Assembly: GCA_013695975.1 (NCBI GenBank)
Contig: JACCZL010000451.1
Location: 1 to 31,994 of the forward strand
DNA length: 31,994 bases
Direction: 5' to 3'
DNA from: Chloroflexota bacterium
GTDB taxonomy: Bacteria > Chloroflexota > UBA6077 > JACCZL01
This document shows positions 1 through 8,300 of this stretch, one piece after another; within the stretch, counting starts at the first letter, position 1; each line of letters opens with the position of its first letter. Both the position numbers and the translations under genes were made by a program. Below the pieces are notes generated by a model. That model did not search any database and was not told the origin of the DNA. It saw only the letters and a list, made by a program, of their open reading frames with translations.

Positions 1-3
1 GGA

Positions 4-798
4 CTAGAGGCGACCGGCGACGACGATGGGGCCGGTCGGGGCGCGGCTTCCGCCGGCCGGCTCGACTGTGACCGCGACGGTGTCGGCCGAGTCCAGTGGT
101 CGCTCGAGCCGTGCGATATAGGCGGCGCCGGTGACTCGCTCGAGCAGGCCGGCTTCCAGGGGCGCGCTGCCGGCGATAACCCAGGCCTGGTAGGCCTGCT
201 GCTGGCCCAGTGGGGGCAGATCGCGGACCATCAGCAGTGGCCGCGGGTCAGCCGGATCCTGGACGAGCACGCCCGCGGCGCCCGGCGCATCGGTGGTCCC
301 GTTCAGAGTCCACTGGCGTCCGCCGGCAGCCACGGCCTGGAGGACCAGCGCTTGCGAATCGAGCGCGACTGCCTGCCGAGTGACCTGCTGCTGGAGGCGG
401 AAGTTCCAGTATCCGAAACCGAGCGTGACGGCGAAGAGGGCGGCGAGTGAAAGCGCCCAGAGCCCCACTCGCGTCCCCGGGCCGGTGGCCCTGCGCTCGT
501 CGAGCGGAGCAGGCGCGACACGCGCGGGCATGGCGGCTTCGTCGGGGGCGCGGAGGGCCTCCGCGAGGAGCCGGTCTCGGAGTGTCGGCGAGGGCGCAAC
601 CGGCCTCAGCGCCTCTGGAAGGACCGCGGCAAGGGCCCTGAACTCGGCGACCAGGTCTCGGCAACGGTCGCAGCCATCGAGATGGGCTTGAAAGCGCGCC
701 GCGTCATCCGCGTCGAGCGCCTCGAGCGCGTACCCGGCGGCCAGCTCCTCGAGCTCCTCGCCGTGCGGCTCAACGGTCTTTCGAAGCCCGTCGTTCAC
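4..798 (-). CDS. Zinc-binding anti-sigma factor, RskA (anti-sigma-K)-like, single TM
   Basis: N-terminal zf-HC2/ZAS motif HLDGCDRC (HxxxCxxC); TM VGLWALSLAALFAVTLGFGYW; C-terminal RskA-type segment YQAWVI...AGLL...AVTVEPAGGSRAPTGP; GTG start overlaps the sigma TGA (GTGA, 795-798). Confidence 0.88.
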   Translation of the reverse strand: MNDGLRKTVEPHGEELEELAAGYALEALDADDAARFQAHLDGCDRCRDLVAEFRALAAVLPEALRPVAPSPTLRDRLLAEALRAPDEAAMPARVAPAPLDERRATGPGTRVGLWALSLAALFAVTLGFGYWNFRLQQQVTRQAVALDSQALVLQAVAAGGRQWTLNGTTDAPGAAGVLVQDPADPRPLLMVRDLPPLGQQQAYQAWVIAGSAPLEAGLLERVTGAAYIARLERPLDSADTVAVTVEPAGGSRAPTGPIVVAGRL

Positions 799-1445
799 GC
801 CGGCCCACCTTCGTCCGGCCCCAGGTCGGCCAGCGCCAGGCGCAGCTTCTCCATCGCCAAACGCATCCGACCCTTGACCGTCCCAAGCGGCAGGCTGGTG
901 CGCTCGGAGATCTCCTTATGGGTCAGGCCGCCGTAGTAGGCTAGCTCGACGGTTTGCCTTTGCTCGTCGGAGAGCGCCGTCAGCGCTTGCACGATCCGGT
1001 CGCGGCGGGCGCTCTCTTCGGCGGCATCGAGCACATCCGTTGCTCGGGGATCGACGACGGAGGTGTCGAGCTCGGCTAGCTGCCCCGGCGGGCGGGTCCG
1101 CCGGAGCCGATCGATCGCTCGGTGGCGAGCGATACTCAGCAGCCAGGAGCGGACACGCCCGCGGGCGTGGTGATATGTCTCCGACTGGCGCCAGGCCGCC
1201 AGGAACGTTTCCTGCACGATGTCTTCGGCGGCCTCGAAGTCACCCACCACCCTGTAGGCGAGCGCCAGGGCGATGCGGTGATGCCGATCGTAGAGCGTTT
1301 CGAACGCTCCGAGGTCCCGTTCCTGGAGCAACGCCATGAGCTCCTCATCGCTACGTTCGGCGGGAGGGCTCGCCAACTCGCCCCGATCGTGTTTACGACC
1401 GTCGGCGGTGACTGGATCATTTTCGGCGGGCGGCACGCTCGTCAT
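795..1445 (-). CDS. ECF RNA polymerase sigma factor (SigK-like)
   Basis: Region 2 AEDIVQETFLAAWRQ...SWLLSIARHRAIDRLR; region 4 LAYYGGLTHKEISERTSLPLGTVKGRMRLAMEKL. Start moved from 1685 to ATG 1445 because it overlaps the upstream stop (ATGA) and the longer N-terminus duplicates another gene. Confidence 0.92.
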   Translation of the reverse strand: MTSVPPAENDPVTADGRKHDRGELASPPAERSDEELMALLQERDLGAFETLYDRHHRIALALAYRVVGDFEAAEDIVQETFLAAWRQSETYHHARGRVRSWLLSIARHRAIDRLRRTRPPGQLAELDTSVVDPRATDVLDAAEESARRDRIVQALTALSDEQRQTVELAYYGGLTHKEISERTSLPLGTVKGRMRLAMEKLRLALADLGPDEGGPA

Positions 1446-1900
1446 CGCCGGCGCCGCGACTTGCGTCGGCCGGAGGCCGCGCCCGTCGGTCGCGGCAGAT
1501 AACGGCGGATGCGCTCGCTCTCCTCGTACGCGGCGCGCTGGGCTGGATAGCGGCGACGATAGAAGAAGACCAGATACCCACCCGTCGCCAGCAGCGACAG
1601 CCACCAGGCCAACCCCCAGATCGGCTTGGAAAGCACCGGCACCGGCTGCCAGCGGAAGAGTAGGATGGCCAGGCCGACGAGGCACAGCCAGACTGCCCAG
1701 GTCGCCCAGCGTTGGGCCAGCCGCTGTGCGACCCGCCGCGGTCCGGCGACCCGCTCGGGGTCGATGCGGATATAGATCGCCGCGACCAGGACCAGTGCAA
1801 GAAGCGCGGCCAGCACGACGTAGCCGGGATGGTCAGTCGGCTCCCTCGCGTCGGCAAGCCACTCGGTCGGGCTCAGCCAGGTCCAGTCGAGCGAGCTCAT
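1442..1900 (-). CDS. Hypothetical integral membrane protein (about 3 TM) with a basic C-terminal tail
   Basis: Hydrophobic segments GYVVLAALLALVLVAAIYI, WAVWLCLVGLAILLF, IWGLAWWLSLLATGGYLVFFY; tail GRRKSRRRR; stop coupled to the sigma start. Confidence 0.8.
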   Translation of the reverse strand: MSSLDWTWLSPTEWLADAREPTDHPGYVVLAALLALVLVAAIYIRIDPERVAGPRRVAQRLAQRWATWAVWLCLVGLAILLFRWQPVPVLSKPIWGLAWWLSLLATGGYLVFFYRRRYPAQRAAYEESERIRRYLPRPTGAASGRRKSRRRR

Positions 1901-1908
1901 GGGTCGTT

Positions 1909-1914
1909 ATGATA
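1909..1914 (-). promoter_or_regulatory. Candidate -10 element (TATCAT) for a near-leaderless transcript of the membrane protein-ECF-anti-sigma operon
   Basis: TANNNT hexamer 8 nt upstream of ATG 1900; no Shine-Dalgarno in between. Confidence 0.4.
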
Positions 1915-2019
1915 GCGGCATCAACGAGTTCGGGCGTCGTGCTATAACGTCGATGGGTACCGGACCGGCGTCCGAACGTCGGATCGTCGCCGCCGTGCGG
2001 CCAAGGGAGAAGGCTCCCG

Positions 2020-4164
2020 ATGCCTAGAGCGAGAACTGGTCGCGCTTATGCACCCCGCATCTCCGGGCACCAGGCGGTGCGGGCTGTTTGCTTCGCGTCG
2101 ATTGTCGCGGTCATCACCTCGGGTTTGCTGACCGTCAACCTGCTCCCCCGCCCGAACGAAGTGCTGCCCGGTGAAGTCAGTCAGAACAACGTGCGCGCGC
2201 CGCGCAAACTGACCTACACCAGCCAAGTCAGGACGAGAGCGGAGCGAGATCGGGCGATCGCCGCCGTCCAGGAAGTGGTCGAGATCGATCTTGGCCTGGT
2301 GCAGCGCCAGCGGGCCGGTCTCAACAGCCTGTTGCAGGGGATCTCTGCCGCCCGAAATGCACCGGGACTGACGCCAGACCAGCGGGAGTCCCGACTGGCC
2401 GGTGTCGGAGAACCCTTGCTCGACGACACGACCGCCAGTTGGCTGGCGTCGCTCGACGACGCGCGCTGGTACATGGTTTCGAGCGAGAGCCAGCGGCTCC
2501 TCTGGGACGCGCTGAAGGACCGACTTCCGGAATCGCGTGTCTCGGAGCTGTTGCGGGCGCTGCCGGTGCGGGCGAGCGATCAGCTTACCGAAACCGAGCG
2601 GTCGCTGGCGGTGGCCCTGGCAAGTCGCTTCATCGTGGGTAACCTGACGCCCAACGCCGAGGCGACGACCCGCTTGCGCCGAGAGGCCGCGGAGGCAGTG
2701 GCGCCGATTCAGGCTACGGTTGAGCGGATGGAGACGGTCCTGCGCGAGGGCCAGGTCGTCACGCCCGAGGACATCGAAAAGCTGGAGCTGCTCGGACTCC
2801 GGAACCCTAGCATCGATTGGCGCCAGGTTGCCGCGGCGGGCCTGCTGGCGGTGATCTGCATCGGGCTTATCAGCGCTTACGTCGCGGCGTTCCAACCGAG
2901 CCTCGTCGGACGGGAGCGTGCTCTGGCGCTGCTCGGACTCCTCGTCGTCGTAACGATCCTCGCGGCGAAGATCCTGATCGTCCCCTCGCGCCCGCTCTGG
3001 GTGTACATGTTCCCGCTGCCGGCCGTCGCCATGGTGGTCACCACGCTACTCGACGGTCGGTTGGCGCTGGTGATGACGGCGGCGCTCGCCGTGCTCGTGG
3101 CGTTCATCGCCGGCGGTTCGCTCGAAGTCGCCGCGATCGGGCTGGTCACGGGTGTGGTCGCGTCGGTGGCCCAGTGGCGACGAGAGCGGCTCCAGGCGTA
3201 CTTCGTAAGCGGCGTGCTCGTGTCGGTGGCCCAGGGCCTGGTGGTCCTCGCCTTTCAGTTGGCCCAGCGCAGTGAGGACTGGCAAGTCCTGCCGTTTATC
3301 GTCGTGGCCTGCGTGGCGAACGGCTTTTTGTCGGCTACCCTCGCGGTCGGCACGGTCAGCTTCCTCGGGCGGATCTTCGGGATCACTACGACGATGCAGC
3401 TCCTCGAGCTAGCCAACCCGACCCAGCCCCTCCTTCGCCGGCTGCTGATGGAGGCGCCGGGCACCTATCACCACAGCATCATGGTCGGCAACCTGGGCGA
3501 GCGCGCCGCGGAGGAGGTAGGCGCCGACCCGTTGCTGGTTCGGGTCGGCGCCTACTACCACGACGTTGGTAAGCTCCGCCGACCGTATTTCTTTGTGGAG
3601 AATCAAGCCGGCGGCGAAAACGTCCACGAGACGCTTGCGCCTGATGTCAGCGCCGACCTGATTCGCGCCCACGTGCACGATGGGGTCGAGCTGTGCGCGC
3701 AGTATGGCGTGCCGGCGCGCGTGAGCGAGCTGATCCCACAGCATCATGGCACCCGACTGGTCAGCTTCTTTTATCAGGTGGCCCAGGACGCCGCTGCCAC
3801 TGGAACCCTCCCGGACCCGGACGTCAGCCAGTTCACTTATCCCGGGCCCCGCCCCCAGAGCAAGGAGGGAGCAATTCTGATGCTCGCCGACTCGGTCGAG
3901 GCGGCGGCACGGGCGAGCAAGGACCATTCGGGCGAGGCGATCGGGGCGCTGGTCGACCGTCTGGTGATGCAGCGCGTGGCGGAGGGCCAGCTTGATGACT
4001 GCGACCTGACCCTGCGCGACGTCCAGCGGATCAAGGACGCGTTCCGAGCAATTCTGGTCGGGATGTACCATCCGCGGATCGAGTACCCCGAGCGTGCGAA
4101 GGATGCGCTCGTGGTGATCCCGAAGGTCGAGGCGCCCGCCGCCGCGGGGGATGTCGCACGCTGA
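2020..4164 (+). CDS. pgpH: 7TM-HDIG membrane HD phosphohydrolase, PgpH/YqfF family (probable cyclic-di-AMP phosphodiesterase)
   Basis: N-terminal TM, large extracytoplasmic domain, multi-TM block, then HD domain motifs TYHHS, YYHDVGK, HVHDG, QHHGT, LADSVEA, HPRIEYP; canonical neighbour of ybeY-dgkA. Confidence 0.88.
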   Translation: MPRARTGRAYAPRISGHQAVRAVCFASIVAVITSGLLTVNLLPRPNEVLPGEVSQNNVRAPRKLTYTSQVRTRAERDRAIAAVQEVVEIDLGLVQRQRAGLNSLLQGISAARNAPGLTPDQRESRLAGVGEPLLDDTTASWLASLDDARWYMVSSESQRLLWDALKDRLPESRVSELLRALPVRASDQLTETERSLAVALASRFIVGNLTPNAEATTRLRREAAEAVAPIQATVERMETVLREGQVVTPEDIEKLELLGLRNPSIDWRQVAAAGLLAVICIGLISAYVAAFQPSLVGRERALALLGLLVVVTILAAKILIVPSRPLWVYMFPLPAVAMVVTTLLDGRLALVMTAALAVLVAFIAGGSLEVAAIGLVTGVVASVAQWRRERLQAYFVSGVLVSVAQGLVVLAFQLAQRSEDWQVLPFIVVACVANGFLSATLAVGTVSFLGRIFGITTTMQLLELANPTQPLLRRLLMEAPGTYHHSIMVGNLGERAAEEVGADPLLVRVGAYYHDVGKLRRPYFFVENQAGGENVHETLAPDVSADLIRAHVHDGVELCAQYGVPARVSELIPQHHGTRLVSFFYQVAQDAAATGTLPDPDVSQFTYPGPRPQSKEGAILMLADSVEAAARASKDHSGEAIGALVDRLVMQRVAEGQLDDCDLTLRDVQRIKDAFRAILVGMYHPRIEYPERAKDALVVIPKVEAPAAAGDVAR

Positions 4165-4660
4165 GGCGTTGGCGCGGGACGGTCGGGCGCCGCTGGTCGA
4201 CCTGCGCGTCCGAGTCCGCCGTGCTGTGGGGGCACGGGTCGATCGGCCGCGTTTGCGACTGCTGTGTCAGGCGGTCCTGCGTGGGGAGGGCTGGACCGAC
4301 CCGGCGCGCCTCTCGGTCCATATCTGCGACGATGCTGAGATCCGTCGCCTCAACAAGGAGCACCGTCAGATCGACCGTCCTACCGACGTGCTCTCGTTTT
4401 CGCTCGTCGAGCCGACGATGGAGCAGGAATTTCCGCTGCCGGCTGGTGAGCCGCGGGAGCTGGGCGACATCGTCGTCTCGTATCCGCGTGCCGTCGCCCA
4501 GGCCGCCGAATACGGGCATTCGCCAGAGCGGGAGCTGGCGTATCTGATCGCACACGGACTCCTCCACGTGCTCGGTCATGATCACGAACAGGCGGACGAG
4601 CGCCGCGAGATGCGGGCGCGCGAGGAGGCAGCCCTGGCAACCGTCGGGCTCAGTCGCTAG
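4151..4660 (+). CDS. ybeY: rRNA maturation endoribonuclease YbeY
   Basis: LNKEHRQIDRPTDVLSF, ELGDIVVS, HGLLHVLGHDH zinc motif. Confidence 0.96.
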   Translation: MSHAEALARDGRAPLVDLRVRVRRAVGARVDRPRLRLLCQAVLRGEGWTDPARLSVHICDDAEIRRLNKEHRQIDRPTDVLSFSLVEPTMEQEFPLPAGEPRELGDIVVSYPRAVAQAAEYGHSPERELAYLIAHGLLHVLGHDHEQADERREMRAREEAALATVGLSR

Positions 4661-4670
4661 GCTACGCCCG

Positions 4671-5039
4671 ATGCGTCCGCTCCGCCGATCCCTGGTCAGC
4701 TTTCGGTTCGCCGGCCGGGGCCTACGCCATCTCTTGCTGACCCAGCCTAACTTCGTGATCCATACCCTAGCCGCCGTGCTCGTGGTCGTGCTCGCCGCCG
4801 TGCTCGGGGCGACCGCGGTTGAGACGGGGCTGCTCACCGTGACGATCGGGCTCGTGCTGGTGTGCGAGGCGTTCAACACCGCGCTCGAGGCGGCGGTCGA
4901 CCTGGCGAGTCCGGAGTATCACGCCCTCGCCAAAGTCGCCAAGGATGTGGCGGCTGGTGGGGTCTTGATCGCGGCGATCGTGGCGGTGATCGTCGGGCTG
5001 ATCGTCCTGGGACCGCGCTTGCTGGCCCGCGTCTGGTAG
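4671..5039 (+). CDS. dgkA: Diacylglycerol/undecaprenol kinase family protein (DgkA)
   Basis: SFRFAGRGL, QPNFVIH, EAFNTALEAAVDL, AKVAKDVAAGGVL; start set at ATG 4671, 10 nt after the ybeY stop. Confidence 0.92.
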   Translation: MRPLRRSLVSFRFAGRGLRHLLLTQPNFVIHTLAAVLVVVLAAVLGATAVETGLLTVTIGLVLVCEAFNTALEAAVDLASPEYHALAKVAKDVAAGGVLIAAIVAVIVGLIVLGPRLLARVW

Positions 5040-5063
5040 CCAGGCTAGGGCTCAGTCTGACCT

Positions 5064-5504
5064 TCAGGCGCGCGGCGAGGCACGCCGCTCCCGGGTTGCG
5101 ATCCAGCCGTTGAGTAGCGCCAACACTCCGCCCATGGCGATATTCAGCGCGAGGGTCGCGATGACGTCGCGGGGTGTGTTCATCGGCTGCTCCGCCGACG
5201 GCATGAGGACGCCGATGCCCAGGGCGACCAGGCCGGCGACGATGCCAGCTAGGACTCCTGCTTCCGCCGCGGCCCGGACGACACGGGTCTGGCGGCCAAC
5301 GCGCAAGCCGACCAGTGAGAACAGGACCACGTTAGCGAACTGGTCGGCCAGGGCGATGTACGCGGCCGCATCGCTGTCAGGCGTGAACCCACGAGAAACG
5401 ACGAAGGCCAGCGTGTCGAAGGCCGCCACGAGCAGCCCGATACCAACACCCCACCTGAGCGTGGGACCTAGCTCGCTCACGCCACGCGGGCTACTGCCTT
5501 TCAC
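5064..5504 (-). CDS. Hypothetical membrane protein (about 4 TM)
   Basis: Four Gly/Ala-rich hydrophobic stretches; fills the gap between dgkA and the receiver gene; start could instead be GTG 5480. Confidence 0.7.
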   Translation of the reverse strand: MKGSSPRGVSELGPTLRWGVGIGLLVAAFDTLAFVVSRGFTPDSDAAAYIALADQFANVVLFSLVGLRVGRQTRVVRAAAEAGVLAGIVAGLVALGIGVLMPSAEQPMNTPRDVIATLALNIAMGGVLALLNGWIATRERRASPRA

Positions 5505-5647
5505 GCGGCGGGGTCAGCCCGACACGCCATATGCGACTACCCCTCCCGCCTTCGCAGACCATTGAGCACCTGCCAATGATAACGCCAGACCGCGAATCAA
5601 GACGCCCCCACGCCCTGTCGCGGCAGACACGCTCACGCGGCAGCCCG

Positions 5648-6064
5648 CTACGAAGCGGCTCGCGGTCGCCAATCATGCTCCTCCGACGGGTCCAATCTCG
5701 CTGGGGTGAGCACGCGGCGCAATCTTCGCAACAGCTCGTCCACGTCGAACGGCTTTGCTAGCACATCCGCGGCGTACCAGCGCTCGGCGGGATTGAGCGC
5801 GTCCGCGAACGCCGACAGGACGATGATCGGAATGCGTTCGGTGATCGGATCCTGCTTGAGGCGCCGGAGGACATCCCGCCCATCAGTGTCACCGAGGGCC
5901 AGCTCCAGGGTGACGGCGTCCGGCCGGTGCCGCCGCGCCAGCTCGACGGCGTCGCGCCCAAATCCGGTTCCGAAGACCCTGTAGCCGCGACCCTGGAGTA
6001 CCAGGGTCATCACTCGTCGGAGCACTTCGCTGTCTTCGACGACCAGCACCGTGGTGGTTTGCAC
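5648..6064 (-). CDS. Single-domain response regulator (CheY-like receiver), atypical with Glu54 at the phospho-acceptor position
   Basis: VLVVEDS, HRPDAVTLELALGDTDG, IPIIVLSA, LAKPFDVDELL; SD GGAGGT upstream of the GTG. Confidence 0.9.
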   Translation of the reverse strand: MQTTTVLVVEDSEVLRRVMTLVLQGRGYRVFGTGFGRDAVELARRHRPDAVTLELALGDTDGRDVLRRLKQDPITERIPIIVLSAFADALNPAERWYAADVLAKPFDVDELLRRLRRVLTPARLDPSEEHDWRPRAAS

Positions 6065-6274
6065 CCACTGACCTCCACTTCGTTCTGGGATGGTTTGATT
6101 GTGAGGGGCGGGCCGCTACGTGGGCGTCACGACCAGGCGGTGGCGCATCACAAGGCTGTCGCGATGACGTCGGTGCTCGGGCCGGCGAGCCCGCGGGAGC
6201 GAACTTGCGACCCGGGGTGCGGCCTGTCGTTTCCAATAGCGGCGGGCTTACGGAATCTGGATGGGGGAACGACG

Positions 6275-8143
6275 ATGGGTCTGGACGCTACGCGTGCCGC
6301 CGGGTTCAACGGCGCCTTGATCGCCGCGCTTGCGCTGGGTGTGGCTGGCCTCGGGAACGAACCACCGCGCGTGAGCGCGCAGCAGCCGTCGGTCGAGAAG
6401 CTCACGGTGAGCGATGAGCGTGGGAACCAAGGCCCGCCGCGGGTCAACGGGAAGTGGGTCGTTTTTGAGGACGATCGTCGTCGGGACTCGGGCGGTTCGC
6501 CGCTCGACGTGCGGAGCTGGAGCGCCGAGGCCAAAGAGGAGCGCCGACTCTCCGAGACGCGAGAGGCCCGGCATCCGGCCGTCTCCGGGGAGCGGGCAGT
6601 CTGGGCAGAACCGACCGACAGTCGAGGCCTGGATATCGTCGTCTACGACCTGGACGATCGTGAGATCGAGCGACGTGTCGAGCGGACCGGCGATCAAGAC
6701 TTTCCCGCGATCTCAGGTCGACGGGTGGTCTGGCAGGAGGGCAGCAGCGGCTCGATCAACCTGTTCGGGTACGATCTGAACGAGCGCGAGACGTTCAAGG
6801 TCGCCGACGACTCGGGCGACCAGACGCGGCCGGCGATCGATGGCGACCTGGTCGCGTTCGAGGACAGTCGCGACACGAGCATCCGCTTCCGGGACCTCAA
6901 GAGCGAGCGGCTCCAGAAGATCGAGGGGGTCACCGGGTTCGAGCCGGCGGTGTCGGGCAGCCGCATCGCGTTCCGCTCCGGCGGCTCGCGCGAGGATCCA
7001 GAGAACGCCAACATCTACGTCTATGACCGCTCGACGAACACGCTGAGCGATGGGCTCGCGACGACTCTCGACGGTCGCCGTGGGGGCCCGCGGATAGCCC
7101 AAAATCTGGTTGTCTGGTGGGATTCCCGCGACGGCGACCGTGACATCTACGGCTACGACCTGGCCCGGAACGTCGAGTTCAGGATCACCGGCGACAGCGG
7201 CGATCAGGACGGGCCAGACGTTCACGGCGACCTGGTAGTCTGGACGGACCACCGCGGGGGCGACCGCGACGTTCGGGGCGCGCGGGTGACGCTGGCTCAG
7301 CCGACTCCAACGCCAACCGCGACGCCGACCAGCCCACCGGCGACAGTCGGTCCGACCCCGACTCCCCCAGGCGATCGGGCGCGGCGCGACGATCGCTTCT
7401 TCCAACAGAGCGGCTTCCGCATCGACAACGACGACTTCTGGCGCTACTTCCAGCTTCGGGGCGGAGTGAAAAACTTCGGCTATCCGGCCTCGCGGACGTT
7501 CCGCTTCATGGGCTTCACGACGCAGTTCTTTCAGCGCCAGATCATGCAGCTTGGGCCGGAGGGGCCGCGCCTGATGAACCTGCTCGACCCCGGCTTGATG
7601 CCGTACACCCAGATCAACACGTCGACCTTCCCAAGCTTCGACGAGTCGCTGGTCCGCGAGGCGCCGCGGGTCGGATCGCCGAACTATGACACTCAGATCG
7701 TCCAGTTCGTCCAGACGCATGCCCCCGACACGTTCAACGGCGCGGCGGTCGCCTTTTACAGCACGTTCGGCAATCAGGTCGACTTGAGCACGGCTTTCCC
7801 GAGTGGCAGCCCCAACGTTGCCTTGCTGCCGCTGATCAACCTCGAGCTGGCGGGCTCAGTGACCAGCCGACCGACGGTTGACCCGCGCAATGGCGGCTTC
7901 ATGTACCAGCGCTTTCAGCGGGTGATCCTGCACTTCGATGCGAGCTGCGGTTGTACCCAGCCAATTCTCCTTGGCGACTGGTTCAAATCAATCATCACCG
8001 GCCAGGGCATACCGTCGGACCTGGCGGCCCAAGCTGGGGGCAGCCCGTTTTACCTCCAATACAACAACAACTCTGCCAATGGCCTGAACCGTGCGTCGGC
8101 CCTGCCGGATACTGACATGCGCTTCGCGTTCGAGCAGCAGTGA
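6275..8143 (+). CDS. Secreted protein: signal peptide, 7 TolB-like/Methanosarcina-type beta-propeller repeats, PT linker, uncharacterised C-terminal domain
   Basis: Signal peptide ending VSA|QQ; repeats of type P-A-[IV]-x-G-x-x-[VI]-[VA]-[WF]...D-I-Y-x-Y-D-L; purine-rich SD before ATG 6275 (the ORF-track start at 5927 overlaps the receiver gene). Confidence 0.82.
   Translation: MGLDATRAAGFNGALIAALALGVAGLGNEPPRVSAQQPSVEKLTVSDERGNQGPPRVNGKWVVFEDDRRRDSGGSPLDVRSWSAEAKEERRLSETREARHPAVSGERAVWAEPTDSRGLDIVVYDLDDREIERRVERTGDQDFPAISGRRVVWQEGSSGSINLFGYDLNERETFKVADDSGDQTRPAIDGDLVAFEDSRDTSIRFRDLKSERLQKIEGVTGFEPAVSGSRIAFRSGGSREDPENANIYVYDRSTNTLSDGLATTLDGRRGGPRIAQNLVVWWDSRDGDRDIYGYDLARNVEFRITGDSGDQDGPDVHGDLVVWTDHRGGDRDVRGARVTLAQPTPTPTATPTSPPATVGPTPTPPGDRARRDDRFFQQSGFRIDNDDFWRYFQLRGGVKNFGYPASRTFRFMGFTTQFFQRQIMQLGPEGPRLMNLLDPGLMPYTQINTSTFPSFDESLVREAPRVGSPNYDTQIVQFVQTHAPDTFNGAAVAFYSTFGNQVDLSTAFPSGSPNVALLPLINLELAGSVTSRPTVDPRNGGFMYQRFQRVILHFDASCGCTQPILLGDWFKSIITGQGIPSDLAAQAGGSPFYLQYNNNSANGLNRASALPDTDMRFAFEQQ
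7298..7369 (+). repeat. Pro/Thr-rich low-complexity linker coding region
   Basis: Encodes QPTPTPTATPTSPPATVGPTPTPP between the propeller and the C-terminal domain. Confidence 0.85.
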
Positions 8144-8239
8144 CGAGAGACCGTCTCGCCGCGCTACCGTGGGTCGTTCACGGGACGGACGACTCTCGCG
8201 GGCCGGTGATCGAAACGGAACAGATCTGGGCCTCGACGC

Positions 8240-8269
8240 TTGACAGGCCAGGCGCCACCCTCGCATAAT
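8240..8269 (+). promoter_or_regulatory. Sigma70-type promoter for the wzz-cpsD-rfbA-rfbB operon
   Basis: TTGACA (8240-8245), N18, CATAAT (8264-8269), about 30 nt upstream of the first gene. Confidence 0.7.
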
Positions 8270-8300
8270 CCGCGCGGTGTCGTGACCGGCGAGGTGCGTC

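Noticed and set aside
1942-2895. 317-aa reverse ORF inside pgpH, and the 29111-30109 (+) ORF over the acidic orphan
   Set aside because: Shadow frames; the opposite-strand genes have better motifs, start signals or composition
4646-5057. 10-nt direct repeat GGGCTCAGTC flanking dgkA (4646-4655, 5048-5057)
   Set aside because: ybeY-dgkA is ancestral synteny, there is no mobile element, and a 10-mer match is plausible by chance
6201-6231. GAACTT...CGTT as an ECF promoter for the beta-propeller gene
   Set aside because: Spacing of about 23 nt is too long for typical ECF promoters
5927-6274. ORF-track N-terminal extensions (5927, also 1685, 16555, 19200, 24229, 28311, 30543)
   Set aside because: They overlap neighbouring genes; downstream starts have SD or stop/start coupling and give family-typical N-termini
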